Shown: positions 29,362 through 39,351 of the stretch, in pieces
How positions within the stretch are numbered: the stretch's first letter is position 1
Layout: every line of letters begins with the position of its first letter
DNA from: Candidatus Poribacteria bacterium
GTDB lineage: Bacteria; Poribacteria; WGA-4E; UBA9662
Length of the DNA: 50,333 bases
NCBI GenBank assembly: GCA_036339735.1
Contig: JAYZAL010000039.1
Location: forward strand, 1 to 50,333
Direction of reading: 5' to 3'
Position numbers and translations under genes: made by a program
Notes under the pieces: model-generated
What the model saw: the letters and a program-made list of their open reading frames with translations, nothing else
What the model was told of the DNA's origin: nothing
Database searches by the model: none

Positions 29362-31650
29362 TTGATGATACGCTCGGTACTATTTCTAATTTTTAATTTC
29401 TTTTGGCTGACGCTAGCATATCACAATAGTGAGGCAGAAAATAGGAACGAAGCAGTTTTGACAGGTAAGATTCTGGACCAAACCACACAAAAAGTATTGG
29501 CTGACGCCAAGATATCAATCTTCGGGCAGGTCAGTAAGAATACTACAAGTGGCCCAAAAGGTGAATTTTCGATTTCATTACCAACCGGTAGTTATTCACT
29601 TCAGGTGGCTCACCCGAATTATCAAACCGTTGTCAAGACGGACCTCGTAGCGACTATAGGACGCAATCGACCATTGGTAATCGAGTTATCAAAGATGATT
29701 TTCCTGTTAGGTGAAGTAGAAACAACGCCTAATTTTTTTCTACAACAACCAAATGCTTCGACTAGTTCATACAATTTTAGTTTCGAGGAAGTTCGTCGTT
29801 CTGCTGGCGGCGCCGAAGATATCCATCGGGTAATGAGAGCCCTACCAGGTGTCTTTTCTACTTCTGACGGTATCAATGCATTAGTAGTACGGGGTGGACA
29901 CCCTCGCGAAAACCTCACACTATTAGATGGCATAGAAATTCCCAATAGTAATCACTTTGGAGACCAAGGAACCTCGAGCGGTGGAATTAGCATGATCAAC
30001 CTCGATTTTGTTCGTCAATGCTCCTTTTATACCGGTGGATTTCCAGCAAAATATGGCGATAAGTTATCATCAGTGATGGATATTAAGTTCAGAGACGGTA
30101 ATAGGGACCGGTGGCAGACAGATATTTATTCTGGTTTTGCGGGCTTCGGTACCACGGTAGAAGGTCCTTTATTTAGCCAAAAAGGTAGTTGGATGGCTTC
30201 AGCTCGTCGTAGCTACTTGGACCTTTTGGTAGATGTATTACCCAGTTCGCTTGGTGTAACTGCAATTCCTAACTATAGTGACTTTCAGGCTAAAATAACC
30301 TACGACCTATCGAATACCGATACTGTATCTCTGATTGGTATAGGTGGTTCTGATAAAATGAAAATTAAGAGTGCTGATGATAATATTAGTCGTGGTTTTG
30401 ATACACTTGATTACGGTAATTACCAATACACATGGGGTTTAAAGTGGCAGAGCCTATTTAACGAGAAAGGGTATTCGACCATCATATTATCTCATTCCAG
30501 TTATCGTTACCTGTTTGATGGCGGTGATAGTGTTGGGAGTGGCGCTTTCACTAATGATTCTTGGGAAGGTGAGAATCAACTCAAAGGAGAAATTAACTAT
30601 GATTTGACCTCACAACACCAGTTACAGTTTGGGGCTTCTGCCAAAACAGTACATCTTGATTATCAGTATGAATCTAGAGGAATCGATCTTTATAATAATG
30701 AAACGGGACAGTTAATGCGATTCGGACGCTTAGATATTAATGAAAACGAAATAACGTATAAACTGGCCACGCACCTACACTATACAATTCGGCCACTTCC
30801 TATACTAGACATGAAACTTGGTTTAAGATCCGACTACTTCGCCTTAACTAGTCAAAAACATCTAAGTCCACGTCTGGGTCTAAGTTCGCAAGTCACCTCC
30901 AAAAGTCGATTTAATCTCGCTTACGGTGTTTATTATCAAACGCCACCTTACTTTTTTATTTTGTGGGATCACCAAAACCGCTATTTAAAAGACCTAAAAT
31001 CCACACACTATGTGACAGGCTTACAACATCTACTGAGAACAGATCTTCTATTCAGTGTTGAAGTTTATGGGAAACAATATGCGGATTATCCGGTTCCCAT
31101 CAAAAATGAAATGGTAAATTTATCTAACAATGGTTCGGGATGGGTAACAGGAATTGACTTGTTCTTACACAAAAAGCTGACCCATCGACTATACGGGCGA
31201 GCTAGTTATACCTACTCTCTATCTCGCTTTGAAACACCCGAACGAGGAAAATTTGTATGGGATTTTGACATACCACACATCTTTAGTATAAATGGTGGGT
31301 ATAAGTTCTCAAATAAATTTGAGTTTAGTCTACAATGGCGATACCTATCGGGGCGACCGTACACGCCAATCATCGGCAGTTTTGAGACTACCGATAATTC
31401 CGGCGATTGGGAAGCAATCTACGACCCAATCGCCAATTCAGCTCGTTTAGACAGTTACCACAGTCTAGATCTAAGAATAGACCGGCGTTTCCAATTTGAT
31501 CGTTTGAATTTGATAGCATATCTGGATGTATCTAATGTTTATAATCGTCAGAATATCTGGTCTTTTGAATGGTTGAGAAAAGCAAACGAAAAGAAAAAAA
31601 TCTATCAGTTTGGTGTCTTGCCAATTTTTGGTTTTCATCTTGAATTTTGA
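29362..31650 (+). CDS. TonB-dependent outer-membrane receptor with an N-terminal carboxypeptidase-regulatory-like domain
   Basis: Signal peptide, LTGKILDQ Ig-like domain, plug VRGGHPRENLTLLDGIEI, TGGFPAKYG, amphipathic beta strands, terminal Phe. Confidence 0.88.
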   Translation: MMIRSVLFLIFNFFWLTLAYHNSEAENRNEAVLTGKILDQTTQKVLADAKISIFGQVSKNTTSGPKGEFSISLPTGSYSLQVAHPNYQTVVKTDLVATIGRNRPLVIELSKMIFLLGEVETTPNFFLQQPNASTSSYNFSFEEVRRSAGGAEDIHRVMRALPGVFSTSDGINALVVRGGHPRENLTLLDGIEIPNSNHFGDQGTSSGGISMINLDFVRQCSFYTGGFPAKYGDKLSSVMDIKFRDGNRDRWQTDIYSGFAGFGTTVEGPLFSQKGSWMASARRSYLDLLVDVLPSSLGVTAIPNYSDFQAKITYDLSNTDTVSLIGIGGSDKMKIKSADDNISRGFDTLDYGNYQYTWGLKWQSLFNEKGYSTIILSHSSYRYLFDGGDSVGSGAFTNDSWEGENQLKGEINYDLTSQHQLQFGASAKTVHLDYQYESRGIDLYNNETGQLMRFGRLDINENEITYKLATHLHYTIRPLPILDMKLGLRSDYFALTSQKHLSPRLGLSSQVTSKSRFNLAYGVYYQTPPYFFILWDHQNRYLKDLKSTHYVTGLQHLLRTDLLFSVEVYGKQYADYPVPIKNEMVNLSNNGSGWVTGIDLFLHKKLTHRLYGRASYTYSLSRFETPERGKFVWDFDIPHIFSINGGYKFSNKFEFSLQWRYLSGRPYTPIIGSFETTDNSGDWEAIYDPIANSARLDSYHSLDLRIDRRFQFDRLNLIAYLDVSNVYNRQNIWSFEWLRKANEKKKIYQFGVLPIFGFHLEF

Positions 31651-31979
31651 TATTTTACATTTAAATAACTCGTAGCTTATTTGTTATCATCAGATTAGAT
31701 ATAAAAAATAAAAATTCCGGACAGGAAATGAGGGACGATTTCCTAAAAACCTAGAATCATCGACAGCCCGTAGTTTAGAAAGTTAGTTAGATTCAAAGAT
31801 ACTCACTGTTCATACACGATTCATATTTAAAGTAGGTTTAGGAGACGTAAATCACCGAGGACATGAATGAATTAAAGATTCGAACGTGTGAAAAATTTTG
31901 TGTTGTGTCTAAACTGTGCACAGGCTAACTTCTGTTTGGTGTTCTATTTTTGCAATGTTGATACAAAAACATTCTTGGG

Positions 31980-32738
31980 TCAATTGGCCCTTTTTATATC
32001 AGCCCATTGGACTGGTAATTTGTTTCTCCTTGTTACGATTAACGTTTTTTTCATTGCTTCATTAATTTCTTCCTTGCTAAAAACTGAGTTAGATATATGA
32101 ACCTCATCTATTAAACCCTCAAAATAGTGATTCCCATCTCCTTTGAAACCAATGTATAGTGGGTCAGCAGTCGCATCAACTGATTCATTCACCTTACCCT
32201 TAGTTTTTAGTTTACCGTCCACATAAATCTTCGCCTCTTTACTTTTACCCTCAAAAGTTATGACTGTATGATGCCACTTATTGATACGGTCTAAAAAGTC
32301 AAAATCAGCTCCCGACTCAAGACGTGCGCCCCAAATTCCAAACCATAACACACCTTCTTTTTTGACGCACCACTGATAAGCTCCCTGTTTAAAGACCACT
32401 CCACCAGCACCAGTCCATTTACCGGGATTACCTGTTACATTGACCCAAGCTTGAATAGTCAAATCACCAGTGTCAGAGTGTAAGGTCTTGTTACTCTTCA
32501 CCATCACGCGAGCATCTTTACCATTAAATTTTAATGCTGAACCTGATATACCTTTCACCCACTGAGCTTTTTGAAGTTCTCCGACGTTACCATTCACTAA
32601 ATCTTTGACCTGTTGACCTTTTCCCTCATCAAAAGACCAATAAGCCATTGTGTGCTTGTTTACTGCGCCTGCATCAACAGCCGAAATCAGTATCAGTACA
32701 AGTGAAACACCCAAAAGCGAAATTATTATTCTGTTCAT
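31980..32738 (-). CDS. Secreted LamG/concanavalin A-like domain protein
   Basis: Signal peptide, YWSFDEG, ALKFNG, WHHTVIT, IYVDG, FEGLIDEV; C-terminal KLPVQWADIK. Confidence 0.88.
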   Translation of the reverse strand: MNRIIISLLGVSLVLILISAVDAGAVNKHTMAYWSFDEGKGQQVKDLVNGNVGELQKAQWVKGISGSALKFNGKDARVMVKSNKTLHSDTGDLTIQAWVNVTGNPGKWTGAGGVVFKQGAYQWCVKKEGVLWFGIWGARLESGADFDFLDRINKWHHTVITFEGKSKEAKIYVDGKLKTKGKVNESVDATADPLYIGFKGDGNHYFEGLIDEVHISNSVFSKEEINEAMKKTLIVTRRNKLPVQWADIKRAN

Positions 32739-33299
32739 TTGTAATTGTTCCCCATATCATCTTATTATATTAAACTCGAACAGTAGGATATCAGTTAACT
32801 AAAACTAAAAACATACCAAAACTGGTTTTACTCTGTTTTTCAGTGTCTTAGATCACATCAAATCTACGATACTTACTGTCAGATAACAGCATTACCAGGT
32901 CGAAAATAAAAACGTACGCACTAATCTTTAATCTATTGTAAATTAAAACTCAAACAAAATGATTATACCAGTAATGACATACATCTTAACAAAACACTTT
33001 CTTGGTTAAGACCGCACATGAAAAATAAACAATAAGTAACCAACAACTATTGATCGTCTAACACTTGTATTATCTTTTTTGGTCTTCGTTAATCAATCTC
33101 CTCTTAAGATGGTTTGATATTCCAACTACTAGAAATACTAACCACACATTACAATTTTTTCTAAAATTTAGATGAAGCCATGGTTATATGGGAATTATAC
33201 AAAAACTGTGAACAGATTTTTATGTTGATAAATTATAGTTTATTTGAAAATAATTCTACGTGTTAGGATAAAAAATCAAAAATTATCGGAGATGAAAGA

Positions 33300-34085
33300 A
33301 TGAAAAATTTATACCCGTTTGTTTGTAGTCTGTTTTTCAGCATATTGGTTGTTTTCAACTTGTATGGGGCCGACCTTGCAATAGTTGATTTTGCCGATGA
33401 ATGGACGAAAGTGACCGGACTCAGAGATACTTTAGACGAATTTAAGATTGAATATGACGATTACACCAAAGAGATTGAGAATGGGAAATTAGCTTTTACT
33501 AGACAAAATAAAGTTTTCTTTATAGGTAGTATGGTCACAAATAATGCCAAACTGCATCAAGGTCTTGATAATAATGCTGGAGTAATACAAGAATTTGTCA
33601 AGAAAGGAGGTCTGGTAATGGAACCAACACAAGCAGATCAGAATGAAGACAATGTAGATTGGTTACCCGAAGGCTTAATTTGTGTTAGGACCGATACGGA
33701 TTTACCTGTTTTTAAAATCAAAAAACCTAAACATCCCTTATTTCAAGCACCACACAGATTAACCGATAAAGACTTTGAAAAGTGGGGACACCAAAATTGG
33801 CCGACCGTCTGGGAAATGATCAAATCCCACAAAGGATTTACTGTTATAGCAGAAAGTACAGGTGGACCTGCCATTATGGAAGCAGTATATGGAAAAGGTA
33901 AATTTGTCATGATGTGTATAGCACCAGATAAATATCATGTTGCCGGTAATGACGATAATACTAGGAAAAAAGCAAGAATGTTTATGGAAAATATGTTGGA
34001 AGCATTTGTTCTTTCAAAGCCATGGACTATAGACTCTAGAACTAAGTTAACAACTAAATGGTCTATTTTAAAAACAACACGATAA
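33300..34085 (+). CDS. Secreted hypothetical protein (possible GATase1-like fold) with the C-terminal KLxxxW motif
   Basis: Signal peptide, EFVKKGG, HPLF, YGKGKFV; C-terminal KLTTKWSILK. Confidence 0.7.
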   Translation: MKNLYPFVCSLFFSILVVFNLYGADLAIVDFADEWTKVTGLRDTLDEFKIEYDDYTKEIENGKLAFTRQNKVFFIGSMVTNNAKLHQGLDNNAGVIQEFVKKGGLVMEPTQADQNEDNVDWLPEGLICVRTDTDLPVFKIKKPKHPLFQAPHRLTDKDFEKWGHQNWPTVWEMIKSHKGFTVIAESTGGPAIMEAVYGKGKFVMMCIAPDKYHVAGNDDNTRKKARMFMENMLEAFVLSKPWTIDSRTKLTTKWSILKTTR

Positions 34086-34550
34086 ACAGCCAAATCAAAA
34101 TAGTTGACAAAGCAATTTTCATCAATCTGATTGTTTGATTTACTAGATCAATGAAGAAAAAATAAGTAATGGGGTAAAAAATTATGGTTCGTTTAATCTA
34201 AGTGGTGGAAGAGTAGTTCTAGCATTAAGAAGAATAAAGGTAAAGAAACCCATAAGTGCGCGGTTTATAGCTCCATTTAGTATCCGTTACATATATATAA
34301 AATTCATACAAAAATCCAAATACACGAATTATGATCTGCGCAGGGAGCAATCAGATCAATCCCACAAGCAAAGCAAGTGAAGATACAAACAGTAAAACTT
34401 AGTATATTAGCCCTAGATTGTGAATTTACAAAATGGTTAAAAATTAACTATAGATTCTTATTATCACAGTTACAGCTTTGGAATTAATCTTTTTACTGTA
34501 CGCTCGACTACGGTTTGGAGTTTTGCTAACTTAAACTGACACATAGTCGG

Positions 34551-34591
34551 AAAAGCAACGAAGAATCAATTCGAATTCCCGTTGCTTTTTT
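34551..34591. terminator. Probable bidirectional intrinsic terminator
   Basis: AAAAGCAACG (34551-34560) pairs with CGTTGCTTTT (34580-34589); lies between convergent genes, about 20 nt after the 34613 stop. Confidence 0.6.
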
Positions 34592-34612
34592 AAATTAATA
34601 TTCCAGATCAAC

Positions 34613-35344
34613 TCAGGATTTTAAATAACCCCAAGTAGTTGCTAGTTTATGTGAGGAATCAACATCTAACTTATTAGACTTAATTTCAAAATTTTGCTTG
34701 ACTTCTTTTTCGTCCAAAATTCGGTTATAGATGCGAACTTCATCAATCATACCGTTCAGAAAACGGCCGTTGTGTTCGCTACCAATGCGCCGTTCGTTCA
34801 TGTTTTCGGGCTGCTTCCCGGCTTTTCCTTCTTGAATTAGTTCACCGTCTACATACAATTTTAAACTTTTGGCTCCACCATCCTTAGAATCCGAAGTATA
34901 TATAACATGGTACCATTGCTCTTCTTCACATTTCATTCGAATTTTGTCGCCATCATTTTTGTGTACCTGAATTTCGCCACCTTCGAATTTATAGTGGACT
35001 TTACCTGCAGCCCACATCCAAGTTGAGACAACACCTTGGATACCACCGAACTGTTTTTCGTAGACCCAAGCCTCAATACTGACCTGCTCCCAGTCACCGA
35101 GCTTTGGAATTTCAATATAGGCACTTTTGCCATTAAACTCGAATGCTTCACCAAACTTTCCAGGTACCGATTTTGGTTTGTCAATGGCCTTGGCATTCTT
35201 TTCACCAAAAACATCATGTACAACCTGTCCTTTGAGTGTATCTTTGTCAAACGAATAAAAAGCAACCAAACCTTCTGTGGTGAATTGTTGACCAAAAGCC
35301 GTCAGGCCAACCAATAACAACCCAAAAACGAATAATTTGTTCAT
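34613..35344 (-). CDS. Secreted LamG/concanavalin A-like domain protein
   Basis: Signal peptide, LVAFYSFD, GKFGEAFEFNG, WYHVIYT, LYVDG, GMIDEVRIYNR; C-terminal KLATTWGYLKS. Confidence 0.88.
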   Translation of the reverse strand: MNKLFVFGLLLVGLTAFGQQFTTEGLVAFYSFDKDTLKGQVVHDVFGEKNAKAIDKPKSVPGKFGEAFEFNGKSAYIEIPKLGDWEQVSIEAWVYEKQFGGIQGVVSTWMWAAGKVHYKFEGGEIQVHKNDGDKIRMKCEEEQWYHVIYTSDSKDGGAKSLKLYVDGELIQEGKAGKQPENMNERRIGSEHNGRFLNGMIDEVRIYNRILDEKEVKQNFEIKSNKLDVDSSHKLATTWGYLKS

Positions 35345-35792
35345 GTCTTATAAACTCCTCTAAGCCAATTTTGATTAAATTTTTAGCCCGGCAAGTAGGA
35401 TTCTATGTCTTTTTGCAAAGGCTGTCAATTTAAATTGTACGGCATTCAAAACGGAATCAAAGTCAAACTTATCCTCAGATTCGATGAGAAAAACAGATGA
35501 TCAAATACCAAGAACCAATAGATCTAATCAAGTTTGAAGATCACTATTTGGTCACAAGATCCAATAAAGATGCTGGTATAGGTTTCACTTGGCAGATTTT
35601 CTGTTACCAGCAATCAATAACAACCTGTATGTAAGGATTGAATAAAATTGAGGAAAGTAGAGACATGAATTATCCTGCTATTCAGTCTAACCTGCTCTGG
35701 ACAAAAAATTCAGACGTTTACTTGAAGTTAGAAAAAACAGAAACCCAACCCAAAATTGATGCTGATAATCAAATATTAGATTGTATTTCAAT

Positions 35793-36488
35793 TTATCTAG
35801 AGTGCTTTAGAAACCATTCGTAGAGTTCTGGGTTATCGTAGGTTTCTGTCCAAGAATCGTGGCCTGCTTCGGGATAAATCGTAAATTTGATGCTGCTTCC
35901 ATGTTTTTTTAAAGCTGTCACTATTTCTTCTGATCTTGAGAAAGGAATCACATCATCCTTTTGCCCATGGAATGTCCAAATAGGCATTTCTGTCAGAGAT
36001 CTCAGGATCTGACGGACTTCCCCACCCCCACAAACTGGAGCTATAGCGGCAAAACGTTCAGGGAACATGGAAGCTAAAGACCATGTTCCAAATCCTCCCA
36101 TACTCAAGCCGGTTAAGTAAATCCTGCTAGTGTCTACTTGGTATTTTTCAACTATTTCTTCAATTAAACCATTAATTGTGTGCAGTTCACTAGTCCACCA
36201 TGAGTCTTCAGGGCATTGTGGCGACACAGCAATAAAAGGGAAATCAGGATTAGTTTCGACAATTTTTGGGATACCATGTCTTTTGACTGAATCTAGATCA
36301 CTTCCTCTTTCTCCTGCACCGTGGAGAAAAAGGATCAGAGGGAATTCTTGGTTAGTTGATTGGGCATAAGATTCGGGAAGAAAAAGAAGATATTCCATCT
36401 GAAATGTGATATTAAAAGAACACTTTTTCTGCGAATCCGAAGGTTTTGCATGCTTGTTGGAGGAAATTTCAGAACTAAGTGATTGCAT
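35793..36488 (-). CDS. Alpha/beta hydrolase (predicted peptidase/phospholipase-carboxylesterase family)
   Basis: LFLHGAGERG, GLSMGG nucleophile, FHGQKDDVI, GHDSW; full Ser-Asp-His triad. Confidence 0.9.
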   Translation of the reverse strand: MQSLSSEISSNKHAKPSDSQKKCSFNITFQMEYLLFLPESYAQSTNQEFPLILFLHGAGERGSDLDSVKRHGIPKIVETNPDFPFIAVSPQCPEDSWWTSELHTINGLIEEIVEKYQVDTSRIYLTGLSMGGFGTWSLASMFPERFAAIAPVCGGGEVRQILRSLTEMPIWTFHGQKDDVIPFSRSEEIVTALKKHGSSIKFTIYPEAGHDSWTETYDNPELYEWFLKHSR

Positions 36489-36757
36489 AATAACTCCCCA
36501 AAAATATACTAAAACGATAACAGTAATATGAAGATAATTTATGACTTTTCCTGCCAGAAGACTATACGTTGGATCAAGAAGATATCAAGGTAAAACAGCT
36601 AATAAAGAAAAGTCAAAGCAAGGATTATATGACAGCGATTTGACTACTAGGTTCGCCAGTTATATTTTGTGCAAAGATTAGTATTTAGTAAAAAGACGTC
36701 ATCAAGCAAAAAAATTGCTTCAACTGTGACACTATTCCTAAAATTGAATTAGGATCA

Positions 36758-38965
36758 TTATTCAGGTTCGTGGCTTCTTCTTACATGGTACATACGAAAC
36801 GTACCGTAGTTTTTGGCTAATTGTAACAATCCAACATAATCACAAGTTATATCATCGATATTATTAGCGACAATTAAAGAAGCAAAATGCTCGCTGGCAT
36901 AGACTTGACCTGGTGGTGTAATAGGTTCAATACGAGCAGCTCGGCTCACATGAGAACCAGAAAAATTAAGCTGTTTAATCATTGGGTCTGTGAACCTATA
37001 TACTGGACCTGTGTGAAGTGCAATACGCAGATTAATGTCCGGTGGTAGCCCTCGCTGAGCCCAATCCGTATCACGGATTAGATCTCTCTGCTTCAGCGCA
37101 AACTTTGCTGCGTCTTCTACTGAAGCAAATACAAAATAGAAAGCATCACCCCACGTATTTCTGGTCAATGGCTGGTAGGGATATTTCTCCATTTCCTCAA
37201 CTATATAACCAAGAAACTCTTGGATAAAATGTGCAACTTCCATTTCGGATAATTTACTATATCCAACTACATCTGCAAAAAACATAACTCGTATTTCATG
37301 CGAAAAATGAGAGTCTGCTTCCGAAATAGAAACACTTTCATGTTGTTTATATTTATTAGCTGGCACATCTATAATCTCGATGTCGCGTCCCAAATTTTTC
37401 CATCTATTAATCACTTCTGGGGTCTCACCTAATTTCCCTGGCTCTTGACCATCCCATACTGCGAGAGAAACAAGTGACGTGTCGTATTCTTGCGCCCTTA
37501 ATATTGCAGTTCCATCTACAATTAGGCTGGTAAATTCTAGAAGGACACGATTATCTTTAGCCGGATAATCATTAGCCATGATTACTCGACCAGCTTGCTT
37601 TAAGATGCTTTCAAATCGATTCTTCCAGTTTGAATTTGGGTCTACATCGACACTATCTTTAACGAATTGTTCTATCTCATAAGGAAGTATTATGTCAACT
37701 TCGCCGCCGCGTTCTATCATAGCTTCTAAGAACAAAATATCAGAGCCTGCAGCAGCTGTAGAAATCCCAATATCCGCGTTTAATTGATTTAGCTTGTTAG
37801 TAATTCGTTCTTTGATCTCCGATTCCAAATGAGTAGGGAAGCGGGAGCCTGATTGCCCACTTGGAAGTACTGGGTGTCCAGTGAAAACAACAATCTTAGG
37901 TAAAGCAAAACAATCATCTAACCACTGAGGTTCTTTTCCTAGTGCTTCTAGTAATAGTCGTGCATTACGCCTAGTTGAGTGTAAGCTTGCAAAGTTTCCC
38001 TTTCCAATTTCACCCGCAGAACTATAATATTCTCGAGCTTGCTCTGGTTGCCCCAGAATAAGCAAGACCTCGCCTAATGTTGCCTGTGTCCAGTAATCTT
38101 GTTCTGATTCTTTGCTCTGCTCCAGACTGAGCTGATAAACGTGGCTACCAATTTGGTGTGCTATGTCTAGGTTGCCTTTGATCAATGCCAGTGTGGCAGC
38201 ATTGATGCCAGTGTAACTGCTACCAGTGTTTTTATAAGAGGTATAGTAAGCTTGAAATGCGTGTTCTAGTTGCGATAGTTTTTCTCGACTACCGCTTTCC
38301 TTTTCCCATAAATCTTTGTGCGTTCTACCGAGTAAACCAAGGGTGTCATCATCTTGGTGACCTTCGCTTTGTAATTCACGTGCTATTTGGTTCGCTTTGT
38401 AAGGAGAACCACCTCGAGCAAGCGCCAGGCCCAGCAATTGTCTCAGTCGTAAATCATTACTCCAAACCTCAAGTCCTTCCGAAATAACATCAAAAGCTAA
38501 CAAAGGTTCTCCGATGCCTAGAATTCGATGTCCTAGATGACGATAAATTTCTGGGACGTTTCTCCAATTGTTTGAAGATCTACCACGCCAAATGTCGCTT
38601 AAATCGCGAAGATTTAAACTTTTATCTTCCAGACGATCAAGAATGTTTCTAACTTCATCTTGTACTCGCACTTGCCCTTCAACTGGTGGAATAATACGGT
38701 AGCCTAGATGTAAGATAGTTTTGATAGCTTCCATTGATGTGTTTCGATCATACTCTTTTTCAGACTCAGGGAGTTGATCATAGCTTACCAAGCAAGGATG
38801 AGTCATTATTTTATCATCACGCTCAGGACCAAGGGTCCAACCGTCTTTTATTCTTTGTTGGGCCCATATTTCATGGGTGTTTTCCGATAGTAATTCTGTT
38901 AAATCAGCTAATTCTTCTGGTAATTCTACATCAGAAGTGTCTATAGGATTCGGGGTATAACTCAT
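36758..38965 (-). CDS. RyR domain + TPR-like (TRAF-binding/TPR-S type) + SLOG-like domain + class III nucleotidyl cyclase
   Basis: RyR: YTPNPID..ENTHEIWAQQRIKDGW..HPCLVSYDQLPESEKEYDR; TPR: GLLGRTHKDLW, YTGINAATL, DYWTQATLGE; SLOG-like: FTGH, AAAGSDILF, ILPY, VWDG; cyclase: FADVVGYS, TWGD, RIALHTGPV, AARIE. Confidence 0.82.
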   Translation of the reverse strand: MSYTPNPIDTSDVELPEELADLTELLSENTHEIWAQQRIKDGWTLGPERDDKIMTHPCLVSYDQLPESEKEYDRNTSMEAIKTILHLGYRIIPPVEGQVRVQDEVRNILDRLEDKSLNLRDLSDIWRGRSSNNWRNVPEIYRHLGHRILGIGEPLLAFDVISEGLEVWSNDLRLRQLLGLALARGGSPYKANQIARELQSEGHQDDDTLGLLGRTHKDLWEKESGSREKLSQLEHAFQAYYTSYKNTGSSYTGINAATLALIKGNLDIAHQIGSHVYQLSLEQSKESEQDYWTQATLGEVLLILGQPEQAREYYSSAGEIGKGNFASLHSTRRNARLLLEALGKEPQWLDDCFALPKIVVFTGHPVLPSGQSGSRFPTHLESEIKERITNKLNQLNADIGISTAAAGSDILFLEAMIERGGEVDIILPYEIEQFVKDSVDVDPNSNWKNRFESILKQAGRVIMANDYPAKDNRVLLEFTSLIVDGTAILRAQEYDTSLVSLAVWDGQEPGKLGETPEVINRWKNLGRDIEIIDVPANKYKQHESVSISEADSHFSHEIRVMFFADVVGYSKLSEMEVAHFIQEFLGYIVEEMEKYPYQPLTRNTWGDAFYFVFASVEDAAKFALKQRDLIRDTDWAQRGLPPDINLRIALHTGPVYRFTDPMIKQLNFSGSHVSRAARIEPITPPGQVYASEHFASLIVANNIDDITCDYVGLLQLAKNYGTFRMYHVRRSHEPE

Positions 38966-39351
38966 ATAGAATCCTTTACCTTCTGGGTGTTTCCTCAGGG
39001 AAACGAGGCATTTTCAGCATAATTTTTCCTTTCTATCTCAGCTTCCAAATCACATAGACTATAGCAAGACTAGTTGGGTTTATCAGGATAACTTACTAAG
39101 AGAGAAACCTTCCGCTAACTACATTAACTTTACAGATCTAGAACGCTGATACACAAGAAATCGACTCAAAAATATTGTAATCTCGTTAAAGCAGACTCAA
39201 TATTTATTGATTAAAAAAAGATGACTCCGAAAACAATCATTTACTCAAAACATATGAGTTGATATATTGGAGTTAGTAGTAGAAAATTTAATTTCCTAAA
39301 CTACAGCTCATGTAAATCTTCTATCTGATAAATTATCATTTGGAGTCTGAT

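Noticed and set aside
34332-34358. TGATCTG...CAGATCA hairpin in the long convergent gap
   Set aside because: A single 7-bp stem with no other support for an ncRNA
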